DNA of 52,289 nt from NCBI GenBank assembly GCA_036396755.1, contig DASWKG010000112.1, positions 1-52,289 on the forward strand. The letters are read 5' to 3'. The notes under the pieces are model-generated. The model saw only the letters and a program-made list of their open reading frames with translations. It was not told the origin of the DNA and searched no databases. A program made the position numbers and the translations under genes. Positions 1-7,900 of the stretch are shown here, one piece after another (the stretch's first letter is position 1; each line of letters starts with the position of its first letter). The DNA comes from Actinomycetota bacterium. GTDB taxonomy: Bacteria; Actinomycetota; UBA4738; CALAEC01.

Positions 1-141
<141 letters not shown>

Positions 142-172
142 TGTTCTCTCCTTCTGTCGCTCGCCCGGATCG

Positions 173-244
173 TAGCGGGGGGCGGATTCGAACCGCCGAC
201 ACAGCGATTATGAGCCGCTTGCTCTGCCACTGAGCTACCCCGCC
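173..244 (-). tRNA. tRNA-Met (anticodon CAT), elongator type; tRNA-Ile2 (lysidine) cannot be excluded
   Basis: Hand-folded 72-nt cloverleaf: GGCGGGG-TA-GCTC-AGTGGCA-GAGC-A-AGCGG-CTCATAA-TCGCT-GTGTC-GGCGG-TTCGAAT-CCGCC-CCCCGCT-A. It lacks the three G:C pairs in the anticodon stem and the C1:A72 mismatch typical of initiator tRNA. No CCA is encoded. Confidence 0.85.
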
Positions 245-297
245 GTGTCGGGATCAAGTCTAGCAACGGGGAGCCCCCCCGGCGACAGGCGGGGGCC

Positions 298-1116
298 TCA
301 GTCCTGCGGGTGCTCGGCGTGGCCGGTGCGGTCGAAGTGGCGATGCGGGCCCCCGGCGGCGTGGTGGGTGTCGTCGAGGTGGATCCGGCCTCCCTCGAGC
401 GCGACCAGCGGCACCCCGTAGGCGTCGCTCAGCTTCTCGGGGGTGATGACCTCGTCGGGCGGGCCCTCGGCGACCACCCGCCCCGCGAGCAGCAGCACCC
501 GGTCGGCCAGGGCGGCCTCGCCCAGGTCGTGGGTGGTCATCACGACGGCCGCGCCCCGCTCGCACTCGGCCCGGACCGCGTCGAGGATGCGCTGGCGCGA
601 GACGAGGTCGAGCCCGGTCACCGGCTCGTCGAGGAGGAGCACGTCGGCCTCCTGCGCGAGGCCCTGAGCGACGAAGACGCGCTGCCGCTCGCCGCCGGAG
701 AGCCGGTCGAGGTGGCGGGTGTCGAGGCGCAGGACGTCGAGCCGCTCGAGCGCTCGGTCGCAGGCCCGGCGGTCGTCTCGCCGGAACCGGCGGAAGGCGC
801 CGAGGCGCGCGTACCGCCCCATCGCGACGACCTCGCGGACGGAGACCGGCATCGTCTCGTTCACCCGGGTCGCCTGCAGGACGAGCGCCACGTGACGGTG
901 CACGGGCGGCTGCACCCGCACCTCGAGGGTGCCGGCCCGAGGCTCGATGAGCCCCGCGATCGCGTTCAGCAGGGTCGATTTCCCCGACCCGTTCGGGCCG
1001 ATGATCGCGGTCACCTTCCCGCCGGGGATCTCGAGGTCGGAGCGGTCGAGCGCAACGTGGTCGTCGTAGGCGAGCACGAGGCCCCGGGCCCGGATCAGCG
1101 GCTCGACTACCCGCAC
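298..1116 (-). CDS. znuC: Metal (Zn/Mn-type) ABC transporter ATP-binding protein
   Basis: Walker A GPNGSGKST, signature LSGGERQR and Walker B LLLDEP are all present. The GTG at 1116 overlaps the zur stop at 1107-1109. The upstream part of the 472-aa track ORF is R/P/G-rich and was discarded. Confidence 0.9.
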   Translation of the reverse strand: MRVVEPLIRARGLVLAYDDHVALDRSDLEIPGGKVTAIIGPNGSGKSTLLNAIAGLIEPRAGTLEVRVQPPVHRHVALVLQATRVNETMPVSVREVVAMGRYARLGAFRRFRRDDRRACDRALERLDVLRLDTRHLDRLSGGERQRVFVAQGLAQEADVLLLDEPVTGLDLVSRQRILDAVRAECERGAAVVMTTHDLGEAALADRVLLLAGRVVAEGPPDEVITPEKLSDAYGVPLVALEGGRIHLDDTHHAAGGPHRHFDRTGHAEHPQD

Positions 1117-1574
1117 GAGCCGCACAGCCCCTCGAGGTCGAGGCGGTGCCCGACGACCCCCCACCGGGAGCCGCTGGCCGCCTCGGAGGCAAGCCCGGCC
1201 AGCCGGTCCTCGATCTCGGGATGGAGGTCGAGGTCCTCGGTGGCCCCACAGCGAACGCAGGTGAGGTGATGGTGGTGGCCGGCGAGGGGCTCCGCGAGCT
1301 CGAACCTCGTCACCCCGGTCGCGTCCACGAACCGGTCGAGGACCCCCGCCTCGTCGAGGCCGGTCAGCGTGCGGTAGAGCGACGAGAGCGGGACCCGCCG
1401 CCGGAGCCCCCGGTGAAGCTCGGCCGCCGACATCGGGCCGCGCGCCCGCTGCAGCGCCCCGAGCACGAGCCTGCGGGCGGCCGTGAAGCGAACGCCCCGC
1501 TCGGCGAGGCCCTCCCGGGCTCTCGCCAGCACGTCGCGGGGGCGCCCCTCGTCGTTCCGTTGCCGCTCCGCCAT
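1107..1574 (-). CDS. zur: Fur-family metalloregulator, probable zinc uptake regulator
   Basis: 155 aa with a winged-helix N-terminus, an HHHH run and paired CxxC motifs (CVRCG and CGSCG). It is co-oriented with znuC, overlaps it, and is divergent from znuAB. Confidence 0.8.
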   Translation of the reverse strand: MAERQRNDEGRPRDVLARAREGLAERGVRFTAARRLVLGALQRARGPMSAAELHRGLRRRVPLSSLYRTLTGLDEAGVLDRFVDATGVTRFELAEPLAGHHHHLTCVRCGATEDLDLHPEIEDRLAGLASEAASGSRWGVVGHRLDLEGLCGSCG

Positions 1575-1600
1575 GGCGCTGGTATCGTACCATCACGAAG

Positions 1601-1617
1601 ATGAGAACGATTCTCAT
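1601..1617. promoter_or_regulatory. Putative Zur box: 7-3-7 inverted repeat ATGAGAA-CGA-TTCTCAT
   Basis: A perfect inverted repeat that resembles the actinobacterial Zur operator pattern TGAnAA...TTnTCA. It starts on the ATG of znuA and lies 27-43 nt upstream of the zur start codon. Confidence 0.6.
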
Positions 1618-2479
1618 TCTCTGTCTGGTCGCCCCGCTCGCGAGCTGCGCGCCGGGCTCCCCCGACGAGGGCGGCGAGCTGGTCGTGGCCACCACCACGA
1701 TCCTGGGCGACGTCACGCGCGAGGTCGCCGGCGACGAGGCCCGGGTCGAGGTGCTGATGCCCCCCGGCGCCGATCCCCACGAGTTCGAGGCATCCGCCCA
1801 GCAGGTGGCCCTGCTGCACGACGCCGACCTGGTGGTCGCGAACGGGCTCGGGCTCGAGGAGACGCTTGCCGACGCCCTTCAGGCGGCCCGGGACGACGAG
1901 GGGAACGTCCTCGAGGTGGCGCCGGAGCTCGATCCGCTCCCCCTCGAGGGCGGAGGGCTCGACCCCCACGTGTGGATGGACCCCAACCGCGTGGCGCGCG
2001 CCGCCGAGCTGATCGCGGCCCGCCTGGATGAGCTCGTGCCGGGCGGCTGGGAGGGCCGCGCCGCCGCCTACGCCTCGGAGCTCCGGGAGCTCGACGAGGA
2101 GATCCGCGCCCTGCTGGCGCCGATCCCCGCGGAGGACCGGGAGCTCGTCACGAACCACGACGCGTTCGGGTACCTGGCCGATCGCTACGACCTCGAGGTC
2201 GTCGGGGTCGTGATCCCCGGCGGGTCGACGCTGGGCGAGCCGAGCGCCGCCTCGCTGGCGGCCCTCGCCGAGATCATCCGCGAGCGGGACGTGCCCGCGA
2301 TCTTCACCGAGACCATCCACTCGACCGGGCTGGCGGAGGTGCTGGGCGACGAGGTGGGTCGTCCGGTCGAGATCGTCTCGCTGTATTCGGACTCGCTCGG
2401 CGAGCCGGGGTCCGAGGCGGCCACCTACGCCGGGCTGATGCGGGCCAACGCCACGAGGATCGCCGAGGCCCTGTCGTGA
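1601..2479 (+). CDS. znuA: Metal ABC transporter substrate-binding lipoprotein (TroA/ZnuA cluster-9 family)
   Basis: Signal peptide plus lipobox (LASC). Metal-ligand motifs DPHEF, DPHVWMDP, TNHDAFGY and SDSLG are present. The His at the third ligand position favours the Zn/TroA type over the Mn/PsaA type. Confidence 0.88.
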   Translation: MRTILILCLVAPLASCAPGSPDEGGELVVATTTILGDVTREVAGDEARVEVLMPPGADPHEFEASAQQVALLHDADLVVANGLGLEETLADALQAARDDEGNVLEVAPELDPLPLEGGGLDPHVWMDPNRVARAAELIAARLDELVPGGWEGRAAAYASELRELDEEIRALLAPIPAEDRELVTNHDAFGYLADRYDLEVVGVVIPGGSTLGEPSAASLAALAEIIRERDVPAIFTETIHSTGLAEVLGDEVGRPVEIVSLYSDSLGEPGSEAATYAGLMRANATRIAEALS

Positions 2480-2492
2480 GCGGGCTGCGCTG

Positions 2493-3335
2493 ATGGACTG
2501 GCTCACCGAGCCCTTCTCGCACGCGTTCATGCAGCGCGCGCTCATCGCCGGCGTCCTCACGGTGATCACCACCTCGCTCATCGGGACCTGGGTGGTGATC
2601 CGCGGGCTGACGTTCATGGGCGACGCCCTCGCGCACGGTGTGCTCCCGGGCATCGCGGTCGCGTTCATCCTCGGGGTGAACCTCACCCTCGGGGCGGCGG
2701 GCGGCGCCCTCGTGATGGTCGCCGGGATCGCTCTCGTGCACCGGAAGGCCCGGCTCCGGGAGGACGCGGGCATCGGCCTCCTGTTCGTCGGAATGCTGGC
2801 CCTGGGCGTGATCCTCATCTCCCGCCTCCCCTCGTTCACCAGCGACCTGTCGGCGTTCCTGTTCGGGGACGCCCTCGGCATCCAGGACGGGGACCTGCTC
2901 ATCGAGGCGGTGGCGGCGGCACTGACGCTGGCGGGGGTGACCGTCTTCTACCGCCCCTTCCTCGTCCTCTCGTTCAACGAGGCGAAGGCCCAGCTCCTCG
3001 GGCTTCGGCCCGGGCTTGCACACGTGGCGATGCTGACGCTGCTCACGATCGCGGTGATCTCGTCGTTCCGTGCGGTGGGGACCCTGCTGGTCTTCGGCCT
3101 CCTCGTCGCTCCCCCGTCGGCCGCCTCGCTGATCTCCCGGCGCGTGCCGCAGATGATGCTGACGGCCGTGCTGCTCGGGATGGTGGCCGTGGGAGCGGGC
3201 CTGCTGATCAGCTGGCACGCGGGGACCGCCGCGGGCGCTACGATGGCCGGCGTCTCGGTCGCGATCTTCTTCCTCGTGCTGACCGGGAGGGAGCTGGCCG
3301 CGAGATGGAGCGGGCGTGCGGAGGCGACGCGATGA
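2493..3335 (+). CDS. znuB: Metal ABC transporter permease (ZnuB/TroC/MntD family)
   Basis: 280-aa polytopic membrane protein with an N-terminus typical of this family (FMQRALIAG..). It sits immediately downstream of znuA. Confidence 0.88.
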   Translation: MDWLTEPFSHAFMQRALIAGVLTVITTSLIGTWVVIRGLTFMGDALAHGVLPGIAVAFILGVNLTLGAAGGALVMVAGIALVHRKARLREDAGIGLLFVGMLALGVILISRLPSFTSDLSAFLFGDALGIQDGDLLIEAVAAALTLAGVTVFYRPFLVLSFNEAKAQLLGLRPGLAHVAMLTLLTIAVISSFRAVGTLLVFGLLVAPPSAASLISRRVPQMMLTAVLLGMVAVGAGLLISWHAGTAAGATMAGVSVAIFFLVLTGRELAARWSGRAEATR

Positions 3336-3336
3336 G

Positions 3337-3410
3337 AGCTGGAGGTGGGATTCGAACCCACGACCCCCGCCTTACCATGGCGGTGCTCTGCCGAGCTGAG
3401 CTACTCCAGC
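3337..3410 (-). tRNA. tRNA-Thr (anticodon GGT)
   Basis: Hand-folded 74-nt cloverleaf: GCTGGAG-TA-GCTC-AGCTCGGCA-GAGC-A-CCGCC-ATGGTAA-GGCGG-GGGTC-GTGGG-TTCGAAT-CCCAC-CTCCAGC-T. Confidence 0.9.
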
Positions 3411-3426
3411 GTCTAGACTGGGGCCA

Positions 3427-3921
3427 ATGATAGAGGCATTCCGTCGCCACCGGCCAGCGATCGCGATCGTCGCGGCGCTGCTGCTCGCCTCCTGCGGGGG
3501 CACGTCCGGCGCGCCCGGCGGCGGGGCCGTGCTCTCGATCGACACCGGCGACGGGACGGTCGAGGTGCAGGTCGAGATCGCCGACACCGAGGAGGAGCGC
3601 CAGGTCGGGCTCATGAACCGCGGGGAGCTCGCCGAGGACGCGGGCATGGTCTTCCTCCACGAGACGCCCACCGCCGGGGGGTTCTGGATGAAGAACACGC
3701 TGATCCCCCTGACCGTTGCCTTCTGGGACGAGTCGGGAGAGATCCTCGCGATGATCGACATGGTGCCCTGCGAGAAGGACCCCTGCACCATCTACGACTC
3801 CGGCGAGACGTGGCTCGGCGCCGTCGAGGTGAACCGGGGATTCCTCGCCGACCAGGGGGTCGAGGTCGGCGACACGATCACGCTGTCCGGCGTCCCCACG
3901 CCGGGGCCCGCCACGAGCTAG
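3427..3921 (+). CDS. DUF192-family secreted protein / lipoprotein
   Basis: Lipobox LLASCGG, followed by the DUF192 core (ERQVGLMNR...GMVF...FWMKNTLIPL). Confidence 0.8.
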   Translation: MIEAFRRHRPAIAIVAALLLASCGGTSGAPGGGAVLSIDTGDGTVEVQVEIADTEEERQVGLMNRGELAEDAGMVFLHETPTAGGFWMKNTLIPLTVAFWDESGEILAMIDMVPCEKDPCTIYDSGETWLGAVEVNRGFLADQGVEVGDTITLSGVPTPGPATS

Positions 3922-6212
3922 GCGACCGGCACCCGCTCCCGCAGGTGGAACGGCACGCTGGTCACGACCACGTGCGGCTCGAACAGCAGCAGCCGTTTGA
4001 GGAACAGGGCCGTCTGGTTGTGCAGGAGGTGTTCCCACCACCGGCGCGGCACGAACTCGGGGATCACGACGCTGACGACCGTCCCCGGCCGGGCCGTGTG
4101 CCGCCGGACCTCCCCGAGCATCGGGGCGGTGAGGTCGCGGAACGGCGCGTCGACGATCGAGAGTCGGATGCCCATCCCCCACCGGCTCCACTCGATGAGG
4201 ATGCGCTCCTGCTCCTCGGGGTCGGTGGAGAAGAAGATCGCCTCGACCTCGGCTGCCCGCAGCGAGGTCGCGTAGGACACGGCGCGCGAGGTCGCGGCGT
4301 GGACCGCCGATACCGGGACCAGCACCACGTGCTGGAGCGGCTCGAGCGGATGCTCGGAGACGAGCGGCCGCTCCTCGGGGAGCAGCGGGACGTTGGTGAC
4401 GACGACGCCGGCGACGAACAGCAGGGAGAACTTGAGCCAGAAGGTCGAGCCGGGACGCACGAACTGGAGGAGCGATGGCCCGGAGAGCTCCTCGGGCACG
4501 ACGACGGTGACGAAGCCGTCGGGATCCTCCCCGCGCCGGGACTCGAGGTACGTTCGGATGCTGCGCGTGCGGCTCCCGTGCGTGGGCAGCTGCTCGAGCT
4601 CGCCCATCCGGGGTGCGATCGACGGCCACCGGGCGGCGACCTCCTCGTACGCCTCGGGATCACCGACGTACAGGGGGACCACGGAATCGGGACGCAGCGA
4701 ACGCAGGTAGGCGATCGAATCTGCCGTCGCCAGCTGGAGGTCGGGGACGAGCAGGATGAACCGGTTCGAGATCTCGCGGCTGGGCGGCACGACTGCGGCG
4801 CGAAGGACCCGCCCGATGGCCTCGTAGTGGCGATGGACCCCGAGGAAGAACGCGATGATCACGGGCATCGCGGCGATCACGATCCACGCGCCCGGGTGCG
4901 GTGGCGTCCCGAACTTGGTGACCGCCACGATGACCAGCACGATCCCCGTCGCGGCTGCCCCGATCCCGTTGATCACCGCGCTGCGCCGCCAGCCGGGCTC
5001 CTTGAGCCGCAGCCATCGCCGAACCATGCCGAGCTGCGACAGCGTGAACGCGGTGAAGACGCCCACCACGTAGAGCTGGATCAGGCTCGTCAGGTTCGCG
5101 TCGAACAGGGCGACGAGAAGCGCGGCGACGAGGCTCAGAACGACGATGCCGTTCGAGAACACGAGGCGATCTCCTCGATTCTTGAACTGCGATGGCATGA
5201 AGCGGTCCCGCGCGAGGATCGCCGAGAGCCGGGGGAAGTCCTGGTATGAGGTGTTGGCGGCGAGGATGAGGATCCCGGCCGTGAGACCCTGAAGCGTGAA
5301 GAACAAGAAGCCGCGGCCGAAAACCGCCTCAGCGATCTGGGACAGGACCGAGCGAGAGGCCGCGATCTCCTCGTTGACCCGCACGTGGAGCAGCACCGAC
5401 AGCAGGGTGATGCCGAGGAACATCGTCACCGTCATGAGTCCCATCGCCCCGAGCGTCTGCGCGGCGTTGCGCGACTGGGGGCGCCGGAAGGCCTGCACCC
5501 CGTTCGAGATCGCCTCGACGCCGGTGAGCGCGGTGGCGCCGGATGAGAACGCGCGCAGGACCAAGAACAGGGAGAGCCCTGCCGTCGCCTCGAGGGGAAG
5601 ATCGGCCGTCGCGGCGCGCGGGCAGTCACCGAAGCACCGGACGAACCCCGTGGCGAGCATCAGGTACACCATCGCGACGAAGCCGTAGGTGGGAACCGCG
5701 AAGAGGATCCCCGCCTCCTTCACCCCTCGAAGGTTTGCCACCGTCAGGAGAACGATGAACCCGATCGCAAGCGCGACCTTGTGCTCGGCCAACCCGGGCG
5801 CGGCCGAGGTGATCGCGAGCACCCCCGCAACCACCGACACCGACACGGTGAGCACGTAGTCGATCAGCAGCGCCGCGGCCGCCGTGAGCCCCGGAACGAC
5901 ACCGAGATTCTCGTGGGCGACGATGTAGGAGCCGCCCCCGCTGGGATAGGCCCGGACGGTCTGACGGTACGACACGACGACGATCGTCAGTACCGACGCG
6001 ATGGCGAGCGCGATCGGGATCCGGTAGGCGAGCGCGCCCGCTCCCGCCATGACCAGGACGAGCATCATCTCCTCGGTGGCGTAGGCGTTCGACGAGAGCG
6101 GGTCGGACGAGAAGACCGGGAGCGCGAGGGTCTTCGGGAGGAGTTGGTGCTCGAGCTTGTGGGTCGCGATGGCGCGGCCGAGGAAGACGCGCTTCAGCGA
6201 GTCGATCGCCAT
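3918..6212 (-). CDS. APC-superfamily permease with a large cytoplasmic C-terminal region (about 300 aa)
   Basis: The N-terminus MAIDSLKRVFLGRAIATHKLEHQLLPKTLALPVFSSDPLSSNAYATEE is typical of this actinobacterial APC family and is followed by about 12 TM segments. I chose the ATG at 6212, which is preceded by GGAGAGG. The 25-codon upstream extension in the track has only about 56% GC3. Confidence 0.85.
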   Translation of the reverse strand: MAIDSLKRVFLGRAIATHKLEHQLLPKTLALPVFSSDPLSSNAYATEEMMLVLVMAGAGALAYRIPIALAIASVLTIVVVSYRQTVRAYPSGGGSYIVAHENLGVVPGLTAAAALLIDYVLTVSVSVVAGVLAITSAAPGLAEHKVALAIGFIVLLTVANLRGVKEAGILFAVPTYGFVAMVYLMLATGFVRCFGDCPRAATADLPLEATAGLSLFLVLRAFSSGATALTGVEAISNGVQAFRRPQSRNAAQTLGAMGLMTVTMFLGITLLSVLLHVRVNEEIAASRSVLSQIAEAVFGRGFLFFTLQGLTAGILILAANTSYQDFPRLSAILARDRFMPSQFKNRGDRLVFSNGIVVLSLVAALLVALFDANLTSLIQLYVVGVFTAFTLSQLGMVRRWLRLKEPGWRRSAVINGIGAAATGIVLVIVAVTKFGTPPHPGAWIVIAAMPVIIAFFLGVHRHYEAIGRVLRAAVVPPSREISNRFILLVPDLQLATADSIAYLRSLRPDSVVPLYVGDPEAYEEVAARWPSIAPRMGELEQLPTHGSRTRSIRTYLESRRGEDPDGFVTVVVPEELSGPSLLQFVRPGSTFWLKFSLLFVAGVVVTNVPLLPEERPLVSEHPLEPLQHVVLVPVSAVHAATSRAVSYATSLRAAEVEAIFFSTDPEEQERILIEWSRWGMGIRLSIVDAPFRDLTAPMLGEVRRHTARPGTVVSVVIPEFVPRRWWEHLLHNQTALFLKRLLLFEPHVVVTSVPFHLRERVPVA

Positions 6213-6373
6213 GGCCGCCTCTCCATCGCCTCGAGCACGTCCTCGGTGAGGCGGGCCTCGCGAGAGGCCTCCGACCACTCGCGCCACGAGATCCAGAGCC
6301 GGACGAGCGGGCCGACCACGACCCCGAGCAGGAGCCCCAAGGCCAACCCGCCCACGAACGCCCCCCCGATCAT
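6194..6373 (-). CDS. Small (59 aa) single-TM membrane protein, unannotated in the ORF track
   Basis: Reads MIGGAFVGGLALGLLLGVVVGPLVRLWISWREWSEASREARLTEDVLEAMERRPWRSTR. About 93% of third codon positions are G/C, versus about 56% in the alternative frame. Its stop overlaps the permease start by 19 nt. There is no convincing SD before the ATG, and a GTG at codon 7 is an alternative start. Confidence 0.5.
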   Translation of the reverse strand: MIGGAFVGGLALGLLLGVVVGPLVRLWISWREWSEASREARLTEDVLEAMERRPWRSTR

Positions 6374-6426
6374 GCCCTCATGGTCGGTCCCGGTCCGTCA
6401 GGGAGGCGTCAACGAACGGACCGGGT

Positions 6427-6448
6427 CCGTAAGGATCCCGTAAAGGAC
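6427..6448. promoter_or_regulatory. 11-bp-phased direct repeat CCGTAAGGATC / CCGTAAAGGAC, a candidate OmpR-family response-regulator site
   Basis: Two tandem near-identical decamers lie in the divergent gap between the small-ORF/permease operon and the kinase-regulator operon. They are the most AT-rich element in that gap. Confidence 0.4.
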
Positions 6449-6490
6449 CCTCGGTTGTACGGCGGCTCGCCCCGCGGGAGAGTGGGGCCC

Positions 6491-7900
6491 GTGGAGCCGA
6501 GGTCGAGCGGCGGAGGTGCCGGGTCGCGGATCGCGCGACCGGTGGCGGTCGCGCTCGCGCTCGCCGGGGCGGGGACCGGGCTGGCCGCGATCCCCGGCAT
6601 CTCGACGGCGGGGGCGGCCGTCATCTACGTCCTCGTGGTGACCGGGGCCTCGGCGATGGGAGGGCTCCGGGCCGGGCTGGCCGCGTCGGCCCTCTCGTTC
6701 CTGGCGCTGAACTTCTTCTTCACGCCGCCCCTGCATCGGCTGACGGTCGCCAAGCCGGAGGACCTCGTCGCGCTCGTCGTCTTCCTCGTCGTATCGGTGG
6801 TCGTGGGGACGCTGCTGTCGAGCGCGGTCGCGCAGCGGGCACGGGCGGAGCGCCGCGAACGGGAGGCGTTCCTCCTGCACCGGCTCGGGACGCGGCTGCT
6901 CTCGGGCGAGCCGGTGGCCGACGTGCTCGAGAGCTTCGCCGAGGCGGTCACCGAGCTGCTGCCGCTCGCCCGCTGCGAGATCAGGACGGAGCTGACGGCG
7001 GAGCCGATCGTCTCGGAGCGACGGGGTGCCGAGCCGGGGGAGCCCGAGTCGATCCCGATGGTCGCGATGGGACGCGAGGTCGGCCAGATCGTCCTCTCCC
7101 CCGCCCTGCCCGGCACCGAGATCTCCGAGCAGGAGCGGAACGTCGTTCAGGCCTTCGCCGGCCAGATGGGGCTCGCGCTCGAAGGGGTGCGCCAGAGCAG
7201 CGAGGCCGCGGGGGCCCGCCTCGAGGCGGAGGCCAGCCGGCTCCGGGCCGCGCTCTTCTCGTCGGTGACCCACGACCTCCGGACCCCGCTCGCCTCGATC
7301 ACGGCGGCCGTCACGAGCCTCCTCGACGGCGACCCGGGCTTCTCCGACGAACAGCGGACGGAGCTGCTCGAGACGATCCGGCACGAAGCCGAGCGGATGA
7401 ACCGACTGGTCGGGAACCTCGTCGACCTCGCGCGCATACGGGCGGGAGCGCTCGTCCCCTCCAAGACGCCGGCCGCGATCGACGAGATCATCGAGGGCGT
7501 GGTGGCCCGGCTGCAGCCGCTGCTGAAGGATCACGAGGTGATGCTCCGGCTGCGAGAGGACCTCCCCGAGGTGCCCGTCGACGTCGTCCAGATCGACCAG
7601 GTGCTCACGAACCTGCTGGAGAACGCGGCGAGGTTCAGCTCCCCCGGCTCGCCGATCGTCGTCTCGGCCGCCCGGTGGCAGCACACGGTGGAGGTGCAGG
7701 TCGCCGACCGCGGCGAGGGCATCCCGCCCGAGGAGCTCGCGCACGTGTTCGAGCTGTTCTGGAGCGGGGACGAGAGCTCGGGAACGGGGATGGGCCTCGC
7801 GATCGGCCGGGCGATCGTCGAGGCCCACGGGGGCAAGATCTGGATCCAGGACACCCCGGGTGGAGGGACGACCGTCGTGTTCCAGCTCCCGGTGACATGA
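6491..7900 (+). CDS. Sensor histidine kinase with KdpD C-terminal architecture (DUF4118 membrane domain + HisKA + HATPase_c) and no KdpD N-terminal sensor or Usp domains
   Basis: The DUF4118-like TM block (YVLVVTGASAMGGLRAGL..LNFFFTPP), the H-box SSVTHDLRTPL, the N-box LTNLLENAARF and the G-box GTGMGLAIGRAIVEAHGG are all present. The ORF is open from the ATG at 6380, but GC3 is only about 68% before 6482 and about 87% after. GTG 6491 has GGGAGAG 9 nt upstream, and GTG 6482 is another alternative. Confidence 0.85.
   Translation: MEPRSSGGGAGSRIARPVAVALALAGAGTGLAAIPGISTAGAAVIYVLVVTGASAMGGLRAGLAASALSFLALNFFFTPPLHRLTVAKPEDLVALVVFLVVSVVVGTLLSSAVAQRARAERREREAFLLHRLGTRLLSGEPVADVLESFAEAVTELLPLARCEIRTELTAEPIVSERRGAEPGEPESIPMVAMGREVGQIVLSPALPGTEISEQERNVVQAFAGQMGLALEGVRQSSEAAGARLEAEASRLRAALFSSVTHDLRTPLASITAAVTSLLDGDPGFSDEQRTELLETIRHEAERMNRLVGNLVDLARIRAGALVPSKTPAAIDEIIEGVVARLQPLLKDHEVMLRLREDLPEVPVDVVQIDQVLTNLLENAARFSSPGSPIVVSAARWQHTVEVQVADRGEGIPPEELAHVFELFWSGDESSGTGMGLAIGRAIVEAHGGKIWIQDTPGGGTTVVFQLPVT

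Noticed and set aside
173-244. Initiator tRNA-fMet assignment for the CAT-anticodon tRNA
   Set aside because: The anticodon stem is AGCGG/TCGCT, without the three consecutive G:C pairs. Position 1:72 is a G:U pair rather than a C:A mismatch. I therefore call it elongator Met, with tRNA-Ile2 not excluded.
3918-3921. Shared CTAG where convergent stop codons of DUF192 (+) and the APC permease (-) overlap. A similar 1-nt gap lies between yajQ and the M23 peptidase at 9195-9197
   Set aside because: This is tight convergent packing, which is common in compact GC-rich genomes. There is no evidence of special function.
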